A stretch of 55,249 nucleotides of DNA, the filler included, from Sphacelaria rigidula (taxonomy: Eukaryota): NCBI GenBank assembly GCA_964200075.2. It is 6 parts of 6 records of this genome, joined end to end, with 100 filler letters (N's around TTAATTAATTAA, not from the genome) between each part and the next. Parts side by side here need not be neighbours in the genome. Positions count along the whole stretch, not along the records: positions 9,226 to 18,350 come from CAXNAA020009240.1; positions 18,451 to 27,575 come from CAXNAA020009241.1; 4 more parts are not named here. The stretch is one strand, 5' to 3'. Shown here piece by piece: positions 12,673-24,282 of the stretch (within the stretch, counting starts at the first letter, position 1; each line of letters starts with the position of its first letter). The notes under the pieces are model-generated. The model had not been told where the DNA came from. It made no database searches and saw only the letters and a program-made list of their open reading frames with translations. The position numbers and the translations under genes are program-made.

Positions 12673-13301
12673 GGAGGGGAGGGGGAGATCCCTCCATACC
12701 GTATTTGAGGAGGGGGGGGGGGTACCCCCTTGATCGATGGATGATAGCGATAGTAGTTGCTGTGTGTGTGCGTATTGGTCTTGAAACAAACATCCATGTA
12801 CATAAAATATGCTGCTTGCTGCTGTGTTCGACACTGCGTACACTGCGTGCAAACCGCAGCGTGACGCCTTCGGCTGAATTACCTGCTCACTGCACAGCGG
12901 CAGGGTGCAGAGAAACAAAGCACACCACAGGACGTCACATCCTTAGCCTATCCCTGCCCTGTATTGAATTCGCGCTGTTCTATGCAGACCGCCACATCAT
13001 GAACGCAGCCGCTTGTACCTGCGGCCACGTGTACGCGGGATACCACCCCTCGCTACGCGCTATATCACTACGCCACATTTTTGCTAAGCTGTCCGTGTTG
13101 CAGCTACAGCGTGCGTTTGCCCCAGGTGACGCACGCAGGAGTGAAAGGCCACCTCCGCCGCTGTAATGGCTGCCTTATCTTGGGCAAAGCTATATGGTGA
13201 CACAGCCACTATGGCGCGAAAGCCGCCTGTAACATTCCAAACCGTGGAGATTTTTACACAAATTACAGTCGGCAATATATTACATACTGTGCAAAACAAT
13301 T

Positions 13302-13512
13302 CGACCTAACGGTCGACGAGGGAACGGGACTGCTGAACCTCTCTCGCGATAAAAAAGAAAGGCAAGCACCGCAGAAGGATTGTGGAGAACTAAACCAAAG
13401 AAGAATCCTGTGTTGGCCTTCCTCTTGTGTGACCCCGGCTGGTGTGCCCACATGTACCGAAAGGTGGAGACCGGCGTCCAGAATAGATGGGACGACAACA
13501 CACACAACACAC
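13302..13512 (+). mobile_element. tRNA-derived SINE, 5'-truncated copy
   Basis: Reverse complement of the 5872 and 17623 copies. Ends gggacgacaacacacacaacacac. ACTGTGC occurs on both flanks. Confidence 0.8.
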
Positions 13513-13568
13513 TGTGCGCAGTGCACTCTCAACATCGTGTTCATACTGACTGTAGAAATCTTTGTCGA

Positions 13569-13652
13569 GGGTCTGGTACATTTCCACATACGGGGCATTC
13601 AGGGTCTGGTATATTTCCACTTATAATGCAGGGTCTGATACATTTCCACTTG
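13569..13652 (+). repeat. Minisatellite, three ~28-33-bp units
   Basis: gggtctg(g/a)ta(c/t)atttccac repeated three times. Confidence 0.8.
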
Positions 13653-15416
13653 TAAATGTAGGTAATATTACTCTGTGAGATCGTGAAAAAAAATCCGCCA
13701 CATCTGGGCGAACTGCAGGTGAGGCAATCGCCGAAATATTCACCTGCAAACTCTGCTCCAGTGCACTGCAAGTTGATATCGCTAGAAGGACACTACCATA
13801 ACCACCTTCCCGGCTGCCAGACTGTCACGACGTAGGATCTGCTAGCATTGCTACTGTCTGTACGGGAATGTTGCCCCCTTGTCGGGTACGTGGGGATGGG
13901 TCCGTGGCAGAACGCAGCGGTTGCGTCAAGCAGCTGCACGCTGGGCGAGAGTTCGATTTGGAGGATAATACTAGGTAGGCAGCAGCAACTGCTGTGTGTC
14001 CAGGTGCCCCTTAGGGCAAGATGCGTTTGGTTCCTGTTTGACCAGGTTTCCCCCCCAAAAAACGAACTCAATAGGGGTTTTAGAGTGGAAATATGTAGCA
14101 AAACACGAGTCGCAAATATCGAGTCGCAAAAAACGGTTGGTCGAATGTTGACCCGGAGCAGACCACCAAATTCACTTTGTGAAATTGGAATGTATATATT
14201 GGCTGCAAAATAGGGAAGCGATAAGCTTGCCCATTGTACTTGCTGGGAAAACGATACGATTTGTCTGGCCTGTGTCCAATATATTTTGTCCCAAACCATG
14301 TCATGCCTCGCTTTCTCAACAAGCATATTTTGACATGTCACCCAAGTCGGGCATGAGTAGTGCATATTGAATGGACGTATTGCTTCCAGGGCAAACTGTA
14401 GATCCACAACATATTGGCATGCAGCACTCTACGCTGACGCCGAAGGCATGAGCAATGTATACTTCGTATTGCCGCTTAAATATCTTCGACAAAATCGCAA
14501 CCAATGTATATTGTCTACACCCTGGACAATTCGTGGTCGATACTTGCCACCAGACAGTTTTTGTCGGTTTACAGTTGATGCGCCGACAATGGACACAGCG
14601 TTTCTCATTACCAACACGCACAACATATCTGGGGGTGCCAAGGAGAAAAAACAAAGGTAAGACGATTCAAAATTTCAGCAAAACTGGACAATGTCATAAA
14701 TCCATTAGAAAAAAAAAACGGCGGCATCCCCGGTCACAAATTTTCACTCGGCTCAAAACTCTTGGAATCGGGCCAGGCGTGGAACTTTTTGTGTGATACC
14801 GCTGCGCCCAAGTGACTCGAGTGCTGCAGGAGACTCTAGCTATGGAGGTCACGAGTTCGAACCCCAACAGATCCTCTTTTTTTCCGCAAAATATGGTTCC
14901 GTCGTAGAGGTTACAGGTTATGTAGTACTTTTTTTTTTTGCGGCAGCGTGTGCATGGCCAGGTTGGTCTGCAGTTCACAGTGGTACACTTACACCCGACT
15001 GATTCGGGGAACTGAATAAGGTATAGTGTGTGCTCGGGATATGCACGTTTCACGGCTGGTCGAGCTCGCTGGAAAAAATGTATTGCGTCAAATATAGGCA
15101 TATCGCAACTATTCAACACATAATCTCCAGGGTGCGATACATTACATGCGCTATTTTCAGGACAAAGTATTGATTGTAGAATATTGTATAGACTAAGGTA
15201 TGAGCAAAACTCCGCCCCCCTATTTGACGCATGAACTGGTATCCAAAAGGATAACATGAAGAGCATATTGCAACGTTCCATGAGCTGGTGGGGTTGTGGG
15301 GTGTAGAAAAGGCTTTCCCACGTCGCCTCTTCTTCGGCGCCTGTCTTGTCTGGATCCTAATCGAAACACACGCCGCACCCGTACAGCATGAGTTTTATAT
15401 TGTGGGGGACCTTTTT

Positions 15417-15505
15417 GTCGCCCACGCGGCCCCAACCCATATTGGACAGCCAATATGTCGTCGCTCACGCGGCCCCAACATACATTAGTCGGCCAATATG
15501 TTGTC
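15417..15505 (+). repeat. Tandem duplication of a ~43-bp unit
   Basis: gtcgc(c/t)cacgcggccccaac...gccaatatgt occurs twice, followed by a C-run. Confidence 0.7.
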
Positions 15506-15753
15506 CCCCCCCCCCCCCTCCTCCCGATCCCACGATAGATATTGGACGGCCAGTACATTGTCGCCTACGCTGCCACAACATTCAGTATGTATAATACATT
15601 GTTCGGTCACTAGACTTGCAGTCCCGCGGTACCAATACATAGTGCGGCGGCACTATATCGTGTGATGATTCCAGTATGATCGACCAACATATATTGGACA
15701 CGTACTTGTTTTGCCCAGGGTGTAAAACAACCACACCTAGAGCACACACGCAC

Positions 15754-16029
15754 CGTGCTATTCCTCGCGGTCCCATTTCTCTCCCGGTTATCAATCAGCA
15801 GCCGAACGCCGGCCCTGGCCGCACCGTAGGCACGCGTGGGCGCTAGCGGAGAGTGTCCGCTGTGAGACGACGCAGCCGTTCCACCCCCACCGCCGCCGTC
15901 ATGCTCAGGTAAGCTGGCATACGCCGCCCGATTTAGGATCGGACTTTCCGAGTGTGGACCATTGGCGGTGGTCACAGCCTTTTCCAGTCGTTCTGCGATC
16001 CACGCTCCCTTGAAGGTGAGGGAGTATGC
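15754..16029 (-). CDS. MUS81: MUS81 exon (end of winged-helix domain to start of ERCC4 domain)
   Basis: CAG acceptor, GT donor, 92 codons, phase 0/0. AYSLTFKGAWIAERL matches the YSLT..G..LA..L winged-helix motif and VRLLIDNRE matches the V.D.RE ERCC4 start. Confidence 0.85.
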
Positions 16030-16071
16030 CTGTTGCAAGGTGCGCGAAAGGAGCGGGGGCGGCGGAGGGAG

Positions 16072-16150
16072 GTACTCATACCCATGATCTTGCATGCCGT
16101 AGCCATATGATCATTGACCTTGCATCCCTGCAAAGCGGGGACGGAGTACG
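16072..16150 (-). mobile_element. Non-LTR retroelement family B, 3' end
   Basis: gtactcata...tgatcttgcatgccgtagccatatgatcattgacc is shared with 38023, 19755 and 37663. G-rich flanks. Confidence 0.7.
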
Positions 16151-16721
16151 CCGGCTTTTTGCCGGACGGGACGGGGAGGGGCTTCAAAATTTCATCGAAC
16201 AACACCCGTATGTACTATCCAAAAAGTGTTTCATACAAGCTTTACCAGATGCAGTCGTGGGACAGATGGGAAACGTCGAGATCCGTTCGGTTGATCTACA
16301 CGCGCTTTGATTCAATCAGATTGATTCATCAGGCTTCATGGGGAATGGCTCAGGGAGCACTCGTACTTCGCATGCCCTAGCTGTGAGATGACGCTTTCAC
16401 GCGCCCGCAGTGGGACGGGGTATCGGCTGGAATGGGGGGTGGGTGGACCATGGCTCAAGATACCGAGGGAAAAACAGCCAAGCTAGGAGTGTTTCCGATG
16501 GTTTTAATGCTTCGCTACGTCTGACTCATTGCCTCTCCAGTAGGAGGCCGCGAAACAGAAGCTACCGTGGGCATTTTCATGTGCGGAAACGCGCACACAC
16601 CGCCCACGCCACATCATTGATCTTCATACTTTCGTGTGAAACGCGTGCAACCGTGAGCTGTAGTGACGTATCGTAAAGCATGGGCGTGGCTTTGTTTTTT
16701 ACTCTGTTCATGACAGCTACC

Positions 16722-16886
16722 GGGTGGACTGCTCTCTGCCCCGCCCACCAGGCCGTCAGTTGCTATTTTATTCAAGCTTGAACTTATATCCAGAGATGCC
16801 AACCGACTGCAGCCGCGCACGTCTGACGATGATTTCTGCTGCATGTCTAGCAGCAGAATACTACACGCTTCGTCCACTCCGTGGCC
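16722..16886 (-). CDS. Possible MUS81 winged-helix exon (boundaries uncertain)
   Basis: GHGVDEACSILLLDMQQK...ISSSLNKIATDGLVGGAESSP resembles the SS...L...GLV....P segment that precedes YSLT. No clean phase-0 donor was found. Confidence 0.35.
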
Positions 16887-17009
16887 CTTTCAAGTACTTT
16901 TTGGCATACACACTGGCTGCTTCCGACCAGCCAGTGGACCCCACGTCGCCCCTTCCCCCCCTCCCCCGCCCCGTGCCCCTCTGACAACATAACAAGGTTT
17001 GAGGGGATC

Positions 17010-17276
17010 TGTGGGAGGGAAACGAAGGTGGCATGAAATTGTTTGGTACTTTGGACAGTAGTGGGAAAACGCTCGCTCTACTGGGGGATAGGTGGTGGCC
17101 CCAGATGGCAAACAAGAAGGGATCAGATATGCGGAAGGTTTTGAGTCATGTATGGAATAAATGGTATGAACGCCGAAGTGTTGGAGGTGTCTCTACCAGG
17201 AATAGGGACGATGCTCCGTCTCGAAAGGGATGGGTGGTCAATTATCAAACGACTGAGGCAAGCAAATAATGAGTAC
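17010..17276 (+). mobile_element. Non-LTR retroelement family A, 3' fragment
   Basis: Encodes MKLFGTLDSSGKTLALLGDRWWPQMANKKG...APSRKGWVVNYQTTEASK*. Ends ...aataatgagtacacac followed by a long C-run. Confidence 0.75.
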
Positions 17277-17622
17277 ACACCCCCCCCCCCCCCCCCCCCC
17301 CCCCCAACATAATACAAATACAATACGAACCGCAGCAAACACAAAAAGAACACAGCANNNNNNNNNNAAGGGGGGGGTGGTCATTTATAAAAAGAAACGG
17401 GAAAAAAAATAAAAAACTCCCCCCCCCCCCCCCCCCCTTCCCTCACATAATAGGATATGAAGCGGTATACGTAGCCAAGTGAACGAAACTGTAGTTCACA
17501 ACGATTTATGTGAGGATGAGTAGATTCAATATGGGGACATGATCAACACCGTTCGGCTTCAAGACATTGTTCAGCTTTAGTCTATATGTGTGTGGCAGGT
17601 CGAACGTAAGGGAAAGTACAGC

Positions 17623-17997
17623 GTGTGTGTTGTATGTGTGTGTGTTGTCATCCCATCTATTCTGGACGCCGGTCTACAATACACCTTTCGGTATATGTGG
17701 GTGCACCAGCCGGGGTCACACTGGAGATAGGCCAACACAGGAGTTTTTTTTACTCGGTTTTATTTCTCCACCCTCCTTCTGCGGCGCTTGCCTTTGTATT
17801 TCTTTTCATCACGAGAGGGGTTCAGTAGTCCCTTTCCCTCGTCGACCATTAAGTCAGACTTTGTGTACCCACGACATAGTCGCTCGTCGCTGTTGGACAT
17901 TGTGTGAGAAAAAATCCGAGATCGCTCCGAGATTTGAACCCACGACCAAACCGTCAGAAGGTTTCTAGGTTACCAACTGAGCCACCGGGGCGACCGG
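17623..17997 (-). mobile_element. tRNA-derived SINE, near full length
   Basis: Minus-strand head ccggtcgccccggTGGCTCAGTTGGtaacc...gGGTTCAAATCtcgg contains Pol III A and B boxes. Conserved body and (CA)n tail. Confidence 0.85.
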
Positions 17998-18085
17998 GTT
18001 TACAACGATGAAAAATGAGAAAATAAAATGTGTTTTACTTCCCTTCGTCATGCTTTCTTGCTCTATCCCTCAGCCCGTGACTCAC

Positions 18086-18259
18086 ATACTTCGCCCCTTT
18101 CTCGAACTCCCTTTGCCAGTCCCGGCTCAACCCCCCTGAGGCGCCCACACCCTTTGTACCTTCCAACCGATCCATCTCTGCTCGAAGCATTGCGTCTCCT
18201 AAAAGTCGCCGGTACCACTCCGCTTTGATTTTTCCAGAGAACGGAGCACAGGGCACCTC
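18086..18259 (-). CDS. Internal exon, probably an upstream part of the MUS81 gene
   Basis: Pyrimidine-rich CAG acceptor, GTGAGT donor, 58 codons, phase 0/0: EVPCAPFSGKIKAEWYRRLLGDAMLRAEMDRL... Same strand and contig as MUS81. Confidence 0.5.
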
Positions 18260-18310
18260 CTGTTGCGTGAGGTTGAGGAAAGTAGAGGGTAGAGGGGGGC
18301 GGGGGGGGGC

Positions 18311-18350
18311 GTACTCATTTGTTGCTTGCCTTAGTCGTTTGAGCATTGAG
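18311..18350 (-). mobile_element. Non-LTR retroelement family A, 3' end (cut by contig end)
   Basis: gtactcatttgttgcttgccttagtcgtttga abutting a G-run. Confidence 0.75.
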
Positions 18351-18450
18351 NNNNNNNNNNNNNNNNNNNNNNNNNNNNNNNNNNNNNNNNNNNNTTAATT
18401 AATTAANNNNNNNNNNNNNNNNNNNNNNNNNNNNNNNNNNNNNNNNNNNN
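18351..18450. other. Artificial contig spacer
   Basis: Same N-TTAATTAATTAA-N block. Confidence 0.98.
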
Positions 18451-18930
18451 GTCATGGTGGCGGGAGGCATCGTGTCGGGGGTCATGGTGGCGGGAGGCAT
18501 CGTGTCGGGGGTCATGGTGGCGGGGGGCATCGTGTCGGGGGTCATTGTGGCGGGAGGCAAGGTGTCGGGAGTCATCGTGGCGGGTGGCATTGTTTCCGGC
18601 GTCATGGTCACGGGAGACATTGTTTCCGGCGTCATGGTCACGGGAGACATTGTTTCCGGCGTCATGGTCACGGGAGACATTGTTTCCGGCGTCATAGTGA
18701 CGGGGGACATTGTTTCCGGCGTCATGGTGACGGGGGACATTGTTTCCGGCGTCATAGTGACGGGAGACATTGTTTCCGGGGCTATCGTATCGGGGGCAAT
18801 GGTAACGGGGGCCATCGTATCGGGGGCAATGGTAACGGGGGCCATCGTATCGGGGGCAATGGTAACGGGGGCCATCGTATCGGGTGCGATGGTTTCGGGC
18901 GCCATCGTATCGGGTGCAATGGTTTCCGGC
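18451..18930. repeat. Coding minisatellite, 15-bp units paired into a 30-bp period
   Basis: Visible 30-bp periodicity, for example gtcatggtcacgggagacattgtttccggc repeated exactly. Confidence 0.95.
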
Positions 18931-18961
18931 GCAAGTGTCGCGGTTGGAGATGGAGTCAAAG
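18451..18961 (-). CDS. Secreted Thr/Pro/Met-rich mucin-like protein, exon 2 (truncated by contig end)
   Basis: TAG acceptor at 18964-18962, phase-compatible with exon 24129-24282 (G+CT=Ala). Encodes LTPSPTATLAPE followed by T(I/M)(A/S/T/P)P(E/D/V/A) pentapeptide repeats. Confidence 0.8.
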
Positions 18962-19687
18962 CTACAAGTGACGAATGTCGAGTACGGTGGATGAATGGTT
19001 TCACGGGTATACCCGTCATGAGACGCAGGGAAACAGGCGGCGGGTGATGGGGGGGGGTCAGTGTCATGGACGCAAAAATGACTTCCGGTAAATTAGCTGG
19101 TCAAAGTAACTCCTACCCACACGTCATCCTCATCAATTTATCCGGATCCAAGCCGTATTGTACACTGAACAGTGGGGTTTTTGCGCGAAGAAAGGCCGGC
19201 ACGCAGCCAGTGACCTAGTTACTTTATGCCGACGCACCAAGTTGCATGCTTGAAGTATCATTCTCAACGCGAAAACATGGCATCACGAGTGTCGAAAGGA
19301 ACGATCTTCACCTGGACATCCACCGCAGTCATCGGAACCAACGCAGTTGAAAACACCCGTCTCGAAATCAGCTTCCACCGTCACCGAGCATGGCACTTCG
19401 GGGCCGGAGTACGAGCCGAAAAAGTTGCAGCTACCTCGCGCATTGCTGCCACAGCAAGTCGTCGTCCCGTCCGTTAGACTGCAGTCCTCTGTTGAGATTT
19501 CGTTTACATCCGGAATAGGAACACGTGGTTCATATCGATCAAGCTGTGCAACACCGGTATGCCCATATTCTTGGCATTTCCTTTGGGTTGGTCAACGGTA
19601 TGCCCAGATCGGGGAACTCCCGCATCTGTGCGGTTTTCGTCTACAAAATCCGATCCAGGCAGAAAGATGATGGACAATACGTCAACA

Positions 19688-19782
19688 TTCATTGACCATT
19701 GACCACGCATCCCTTTCGAGACGGAGCATAGGGGGAGGGGGGGAGGGGGGGGGGTACTCATGATCATGCATTCCATAGTCAT
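19688..19782 (-). mobile_element. Family A fragment plus G-tract plus family B 3' end
   Basis: ttgaccattgaccacgcatccctttcgagacggagca, then a G-run, then gtactcatgatcatgcattccatagtcat. Confidence 0.7.
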
Positions 19783-19900
19783 AAGGGTAGGCAAGAAAGT
19801 TGCCAACGGACTCAAGGATACCTATTTCATGAGGGAAAATCGGATCGAAACGGGCTCAGTATCGTGTACGATTCCGGATGCCGAATTCAAACCCACAAAT

Positions 19901-20200
19901 GCCGGTCGCCTAGGTGGCACAGTTAGTCCTCGTAACCCAGTGGTTGAGGTGGGGGGTTCGATTCCCCGAGCGATCTGGAATCTTTTCCCGCACCACCCTC
20001 GACAGTGGAGAGCGACCACGTCGTGGGTACACAAACTCGACCTCACAGTCGACGAGGAAAAGGGATTGCTGAACCCCTCTCACGATGAAATAAAAAGGCG
20101 GGCACCGCAAAAGGAAGGTGGGGTGTTATATACAAAAAAAAAAGTTTTGATCCGGCTAATACTCCACATACATACCAGAATAAGTGGGACAACACACACT
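19901..20200 (+). mobile_element. tRNA-derived SINE with internal deletion
   Basis: Head gccggtcgcctaggTGGCACAGTTAG...GGTTCGATTCCccgagcgatc (A and B boxes), body gtcgacgaggaaaagggattgctgaacccctctc, tail gggacaacacacac. Confidence 0.85.
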
Positions 20201-23200
20201 CATGTGCAGCAGGTTGTCTCATGACAGGGGAAGTCGACCCATAGGTGGTCCTTGATGCGCAGTCTCTGATATAGGGCGTTTCGTCTACTGTACTCGGGAG
20301 GGCAACGAAATTGCATGATGACAGTCCCGGATGGTGATGAAAAACACCGTGGGGGTGTAGAGTTGACATCGGTTCAAGATCGTCCTCCACCAGTCGCAAA
20401 GCGGGAGGTTTCCACGGCGGACCCGGCACCACCCGGACCTCTTTGAGCTCATGTACAAACCTGTTGCTTCATCCTCGAGGTTTATTCCAAACCCTTGCGA
20501 CCGCGCAGTGCCGTCAGAAAAACGTGGGAAAACCCATGCAACGAACCGAGATTCACGGAAAAATTGCGTCGACCACGGCCAACCTCACACACCGCTGCGG
20601 CGTGGGATTTTGATATGATACAGTCTCAAGTGCTAGACCCGAAACTCGAAAAAAAGAGGCTTTTGAGCCCCGTCGATACATTTGGTCCTGATACAGGCTA
20701 CCGTCGGTTCATGTCCAACTCCCGTCATGACCGGTCAGGGGTCATCAAGGGGTCATGAAGCTGCTGCATCATGCATACACGTATAAGCGTACATGGTTTA
20801 ATGGTACACAGTAGTGGTTCAGTGTAGACGCCGATGTGGGTGATGGGGGTCCCCATTGCGCTGATACGAAAGTTACTCACAGGTTCGAATAAAAGCCGTT
20901 CTCCTGCGTTCGTCTTGGATGGTGTTCAACTGTATCAGTGCCCAAGTGTCACGTTGATTCCTTAAACAGAATATGGTTCGTAACCAGGATAAGGACTCTC
21001 AGCCGAAACTCGAGACGGATTCGCAAAAGTGAGCAGTGTCGATCCATTTCTTGTCGAGTGACACTCCAACAAAATTTGGAATGATAAGAAGTAGCTTAAA
21101 CCTTGAACCACTGCGGGGGGAACCGCTCACACACAGTCGCTCGAGGGTTTTCGATTCAGGAGGTGTGATGTTCGCGGAAAACGTTCGAAACGCAAACGTG
21201 TTTCACGTTCCAGAGATCATCATCGTCATCAACCCGAGGATGACAGTAATGTCTCCCTCCACTCCCATTCACCACTCGGGGAAGTTTTGCTCGACGTCGT
21301 CATGGGATCAAGCCGGTAAAGTCCGCCACTGAAATGTATCGTCTTCACAAGACAAAATCAATGATACACCCCTGCCGCGACCTTTTTCCACTGCCAAGGG
21401 AACCGTTCTTATCCACTCGCTCGACGGCTTCAGGTCCAGAAAGTGTTTCACGTACGAGAATGTGACGGCAATCAGCTCCACCGAAAGATATGACGGTGAT
21501 GTCTACACTCACATCAACTGATATCTGGAAAGATTCAGCTCGATCGAGTAGTGGGACAATCCTGGAAAAATTCGTCACCTAGATGTTTTTCAGGAATTCG
21601 ACCACCAACCACTCGTTTCTTGCCCACAGTCAAGACCCCTGCGGGTCTAGAACAGCCAGATTCGAGGGGGCTAGTCTCACTATTTCATATGGGGGGGTGC
21701 CCGGAAGATCAACGTCAATTTTCGTGTGGGGTCTTCTGGAACGTGACGGGACTTCCGTGTTGAATGGTACAGCAACGATTGGCATGGAAGTTCAGTGCAG
21801 TACGGTGTACCATTGTTGCGCGCCTCGACATTTTTTCGCCATCCAGTCGAGTATAGAAAAGCCCGGCTAATCTCCAAGAGTTCAGGCTGACATTCCAGAT
21901 TCAGTCACGAGTAATCATATCTTCTCATTTTGCAGAACCTTATCCTCATCTGTGGATCTGATCGTGAGTACCACGTCAAGAGCGAAATCATGCGATGCCG
22001 AATCGTGAAATTCAGGTTCATTGCATGTCATGTCCCCATGGACCGTGGATTGGAGTTCGCAAGTGAGGGGACGGGGTTGAGAGGGCGATTTGTATACTTG
22101 ATCCACCTACAGTCAGGGATGAGTGGCTGAAGGGGTCGCTGGTGCGGATATGTAGGAAGATTTTGAGAAAACGGGAAGGAAGTGGCAAGTGTTCGCTTGG
22201 ACTTGACTCGAACTCTCGTCTGCTGTGCACGACCCATCGACGGCCGTTTGAACGACTAATGCGGAAGGTGCACGCGTCATACGAGGGGACACGGGACGCG
22301 ACAATTTGTAAGTCCAGTCCGTTACAGGACACAAAGCATCTGAATCGCGAACGCGTGCAGTGGGCGCACGCCGTAAAATGAAAATGCACCGAGAACCGGT
22401 TGGTTGCGAGGGTACTATACTGGCGCATCACTGGTCATGACTTTTTCGCATTACACTACAGTACATCATTAAAAAGTACCGTTCCTCGTCATTCTCACAT
22501 ATGATCGGTCGGGACGTCAACATGCACATGGGACGACGGGTGTCGGGGTGGACTGCTGCTACCCTGATACTTCCAGTGACAGATGGATGTGCTCATCCTC
22601 CACAGTGGCCAACGCAGACCCTCTCGACTCAACAAGTATACTCTATACCCGACGAACGACCACGAGTACTGTGAAAACATGTTTTGTGTGCTCGACTGGT
22701 CTAATGGATTTTTGCGATACGTGACAGGCACCGGTACGGTGGCGAACGAGTCAGCACGGCTGGTGCGGGTTGGGAATCTCCACGAACTTCCGATGTTCGT
22801 TGATTTTGTTTCGAGTCTGTAGAAGCTCGATAAACTGTAATTGGGTACCACGACGATGAGACAACGGATTCCGTGTTGAATCTTGGTTTGCTGTCGGACT
22901 CCTTTCACTTCACAGAATGATTTCGTTAAAAATTGTTGATTTCCTCGTATAAGCGTCGGATGCATGTTACATTTTTGGTCAACGATGTTTGCTGACGGGC
23001 ACCAGGAGGTATCAACTGTAAATAATGCGACACGGTTGAGGGTAGTGCAATGTTTTGCGCTGTTGTTCAGTCTCGGAATCAAGTGTTTTTACCACAGAAT
23101 ATGGCGACGCAACCTGGACAGATTCCGATCGAAGTTCGAAACAAGACACACATTACATCGCCGGACTGAAGGTTCACCTGTCGGCTACCTACCGGCAAGG

Positions 23201-24128
23201 AACGCATCTGATAATTTCACATCATACTTCGTAAGGGCCCACGCTGAATGTTTTGGGAATTTGTTCGTGTCACGGTCATCTCGTCAGTCAAGGTTCTGTC
23301 CGTATCCTTGGGTCGGGCTCATCGCGGCTGGTGGCCTCGATTGGCCAACCAAACTCACCAGCTTGACGTGCTCAACAGGGTAGTTTTGAGTTTTGTGGCT
23401 CAGCTTGTACTCCCTCGTACATGAATTGGTTGTGGGACGACGTGAAAAATTGAGGTAGAGAATCCCGTTGAGAATCACGGCAAGACCCCGTCGTTGCCGT
23501 CGAGTGGGGACCTCCCGACATTTTGACTGAAAGAAATCACTCGAGGGTTGCGCAAATACGCGCCCTACATCAATCAACGACATCACCCGGCTAGAGCGGT
23601 ACCGCTCGGGCGTCGACACCTTGTCTTCACTCGAGAAGTATATGAAGCCACGAGTCATGAGCTCGCACCCTCCCCATTCCCAGATCCCTATAAATATACA
23701 TTGACAATGTGAAGGTTGCAGAACTACTTGTTGGGCACGTGACCACCTTTGGTGAAGAACAATAAGTCGGAGATATGGGAAGGCGAACCCGTCGGGCTAT
23801 GACAGCATGAGATGGGCGCCATCACGTATTGCGCACGTGGGGCAAAGAGAGTCGCCCATTATCGGTTATGCATCATGTGTTTGTCCCCCCATGTCCAGGA
23901 CATCCATGTGTCATGATCGTTTTCCCGCTTCTTCTCCTGCATACTCAGTCGACAAAAATTCATGATATTCATGATGGGCATGCTACATTTTATCCAACCA
24001 AGAAGTTTGCTCCGATTTGTTCAGACTTGAGGGCAGACGGAGCACGCGACAAGGTCATCATGAAACCCAAACCAGGCTCACGGGGAGTTGCGCGGCTGTA
24101 TATCCAAGCGTAGAGACACATCACTGAC

Positions 24129-24282
24129 CTTGAAGGTGTCTCCGGGCACTCGCTGCATCGAAGTTCGCCACTTGTTGAGCAATCGAATCCCTCGTACCAG
24201 AGTTCCGTGCGCTTGCCGCGTCCGCCGCAGCAGTCACGGAGAGCACCGCCACAGACATCAGCCACAGAGAGGTCATCATCAT
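24129..24282 (-). CDS. Mucin-like gene, exon 1 (signal peptide plus RRHLQ propeptide)
   Basis: 51 codons plus 1 nt: MMMTSLWLMSVAVLSVTAAADAASARNSGTRDSIAQQVANFDAASARRHLQ, then a GTCAGT donor. Too short to appear in the ORF track. Confidence 0.7.

Noticed and set aside
14797-14870. tRNA-like sequence with GAGTTCGAACCCC B box
   Set aside because: No convincing acceptor stem. At most a degenerate SINE head seen once.
18454-19047. 197-aa plus-strand Val/Gly repeat ORF
   Set aside because: Antisense of the Thr/Pro repeat exon, which has the splice and signal-peptide support.
19901-19980. tRNA gene (also 17920-17997 minus)
   Set aside because: A and B boxes are present, but the sequence continues into a multicopy SINE body and I could not form a complete cloverleaf.
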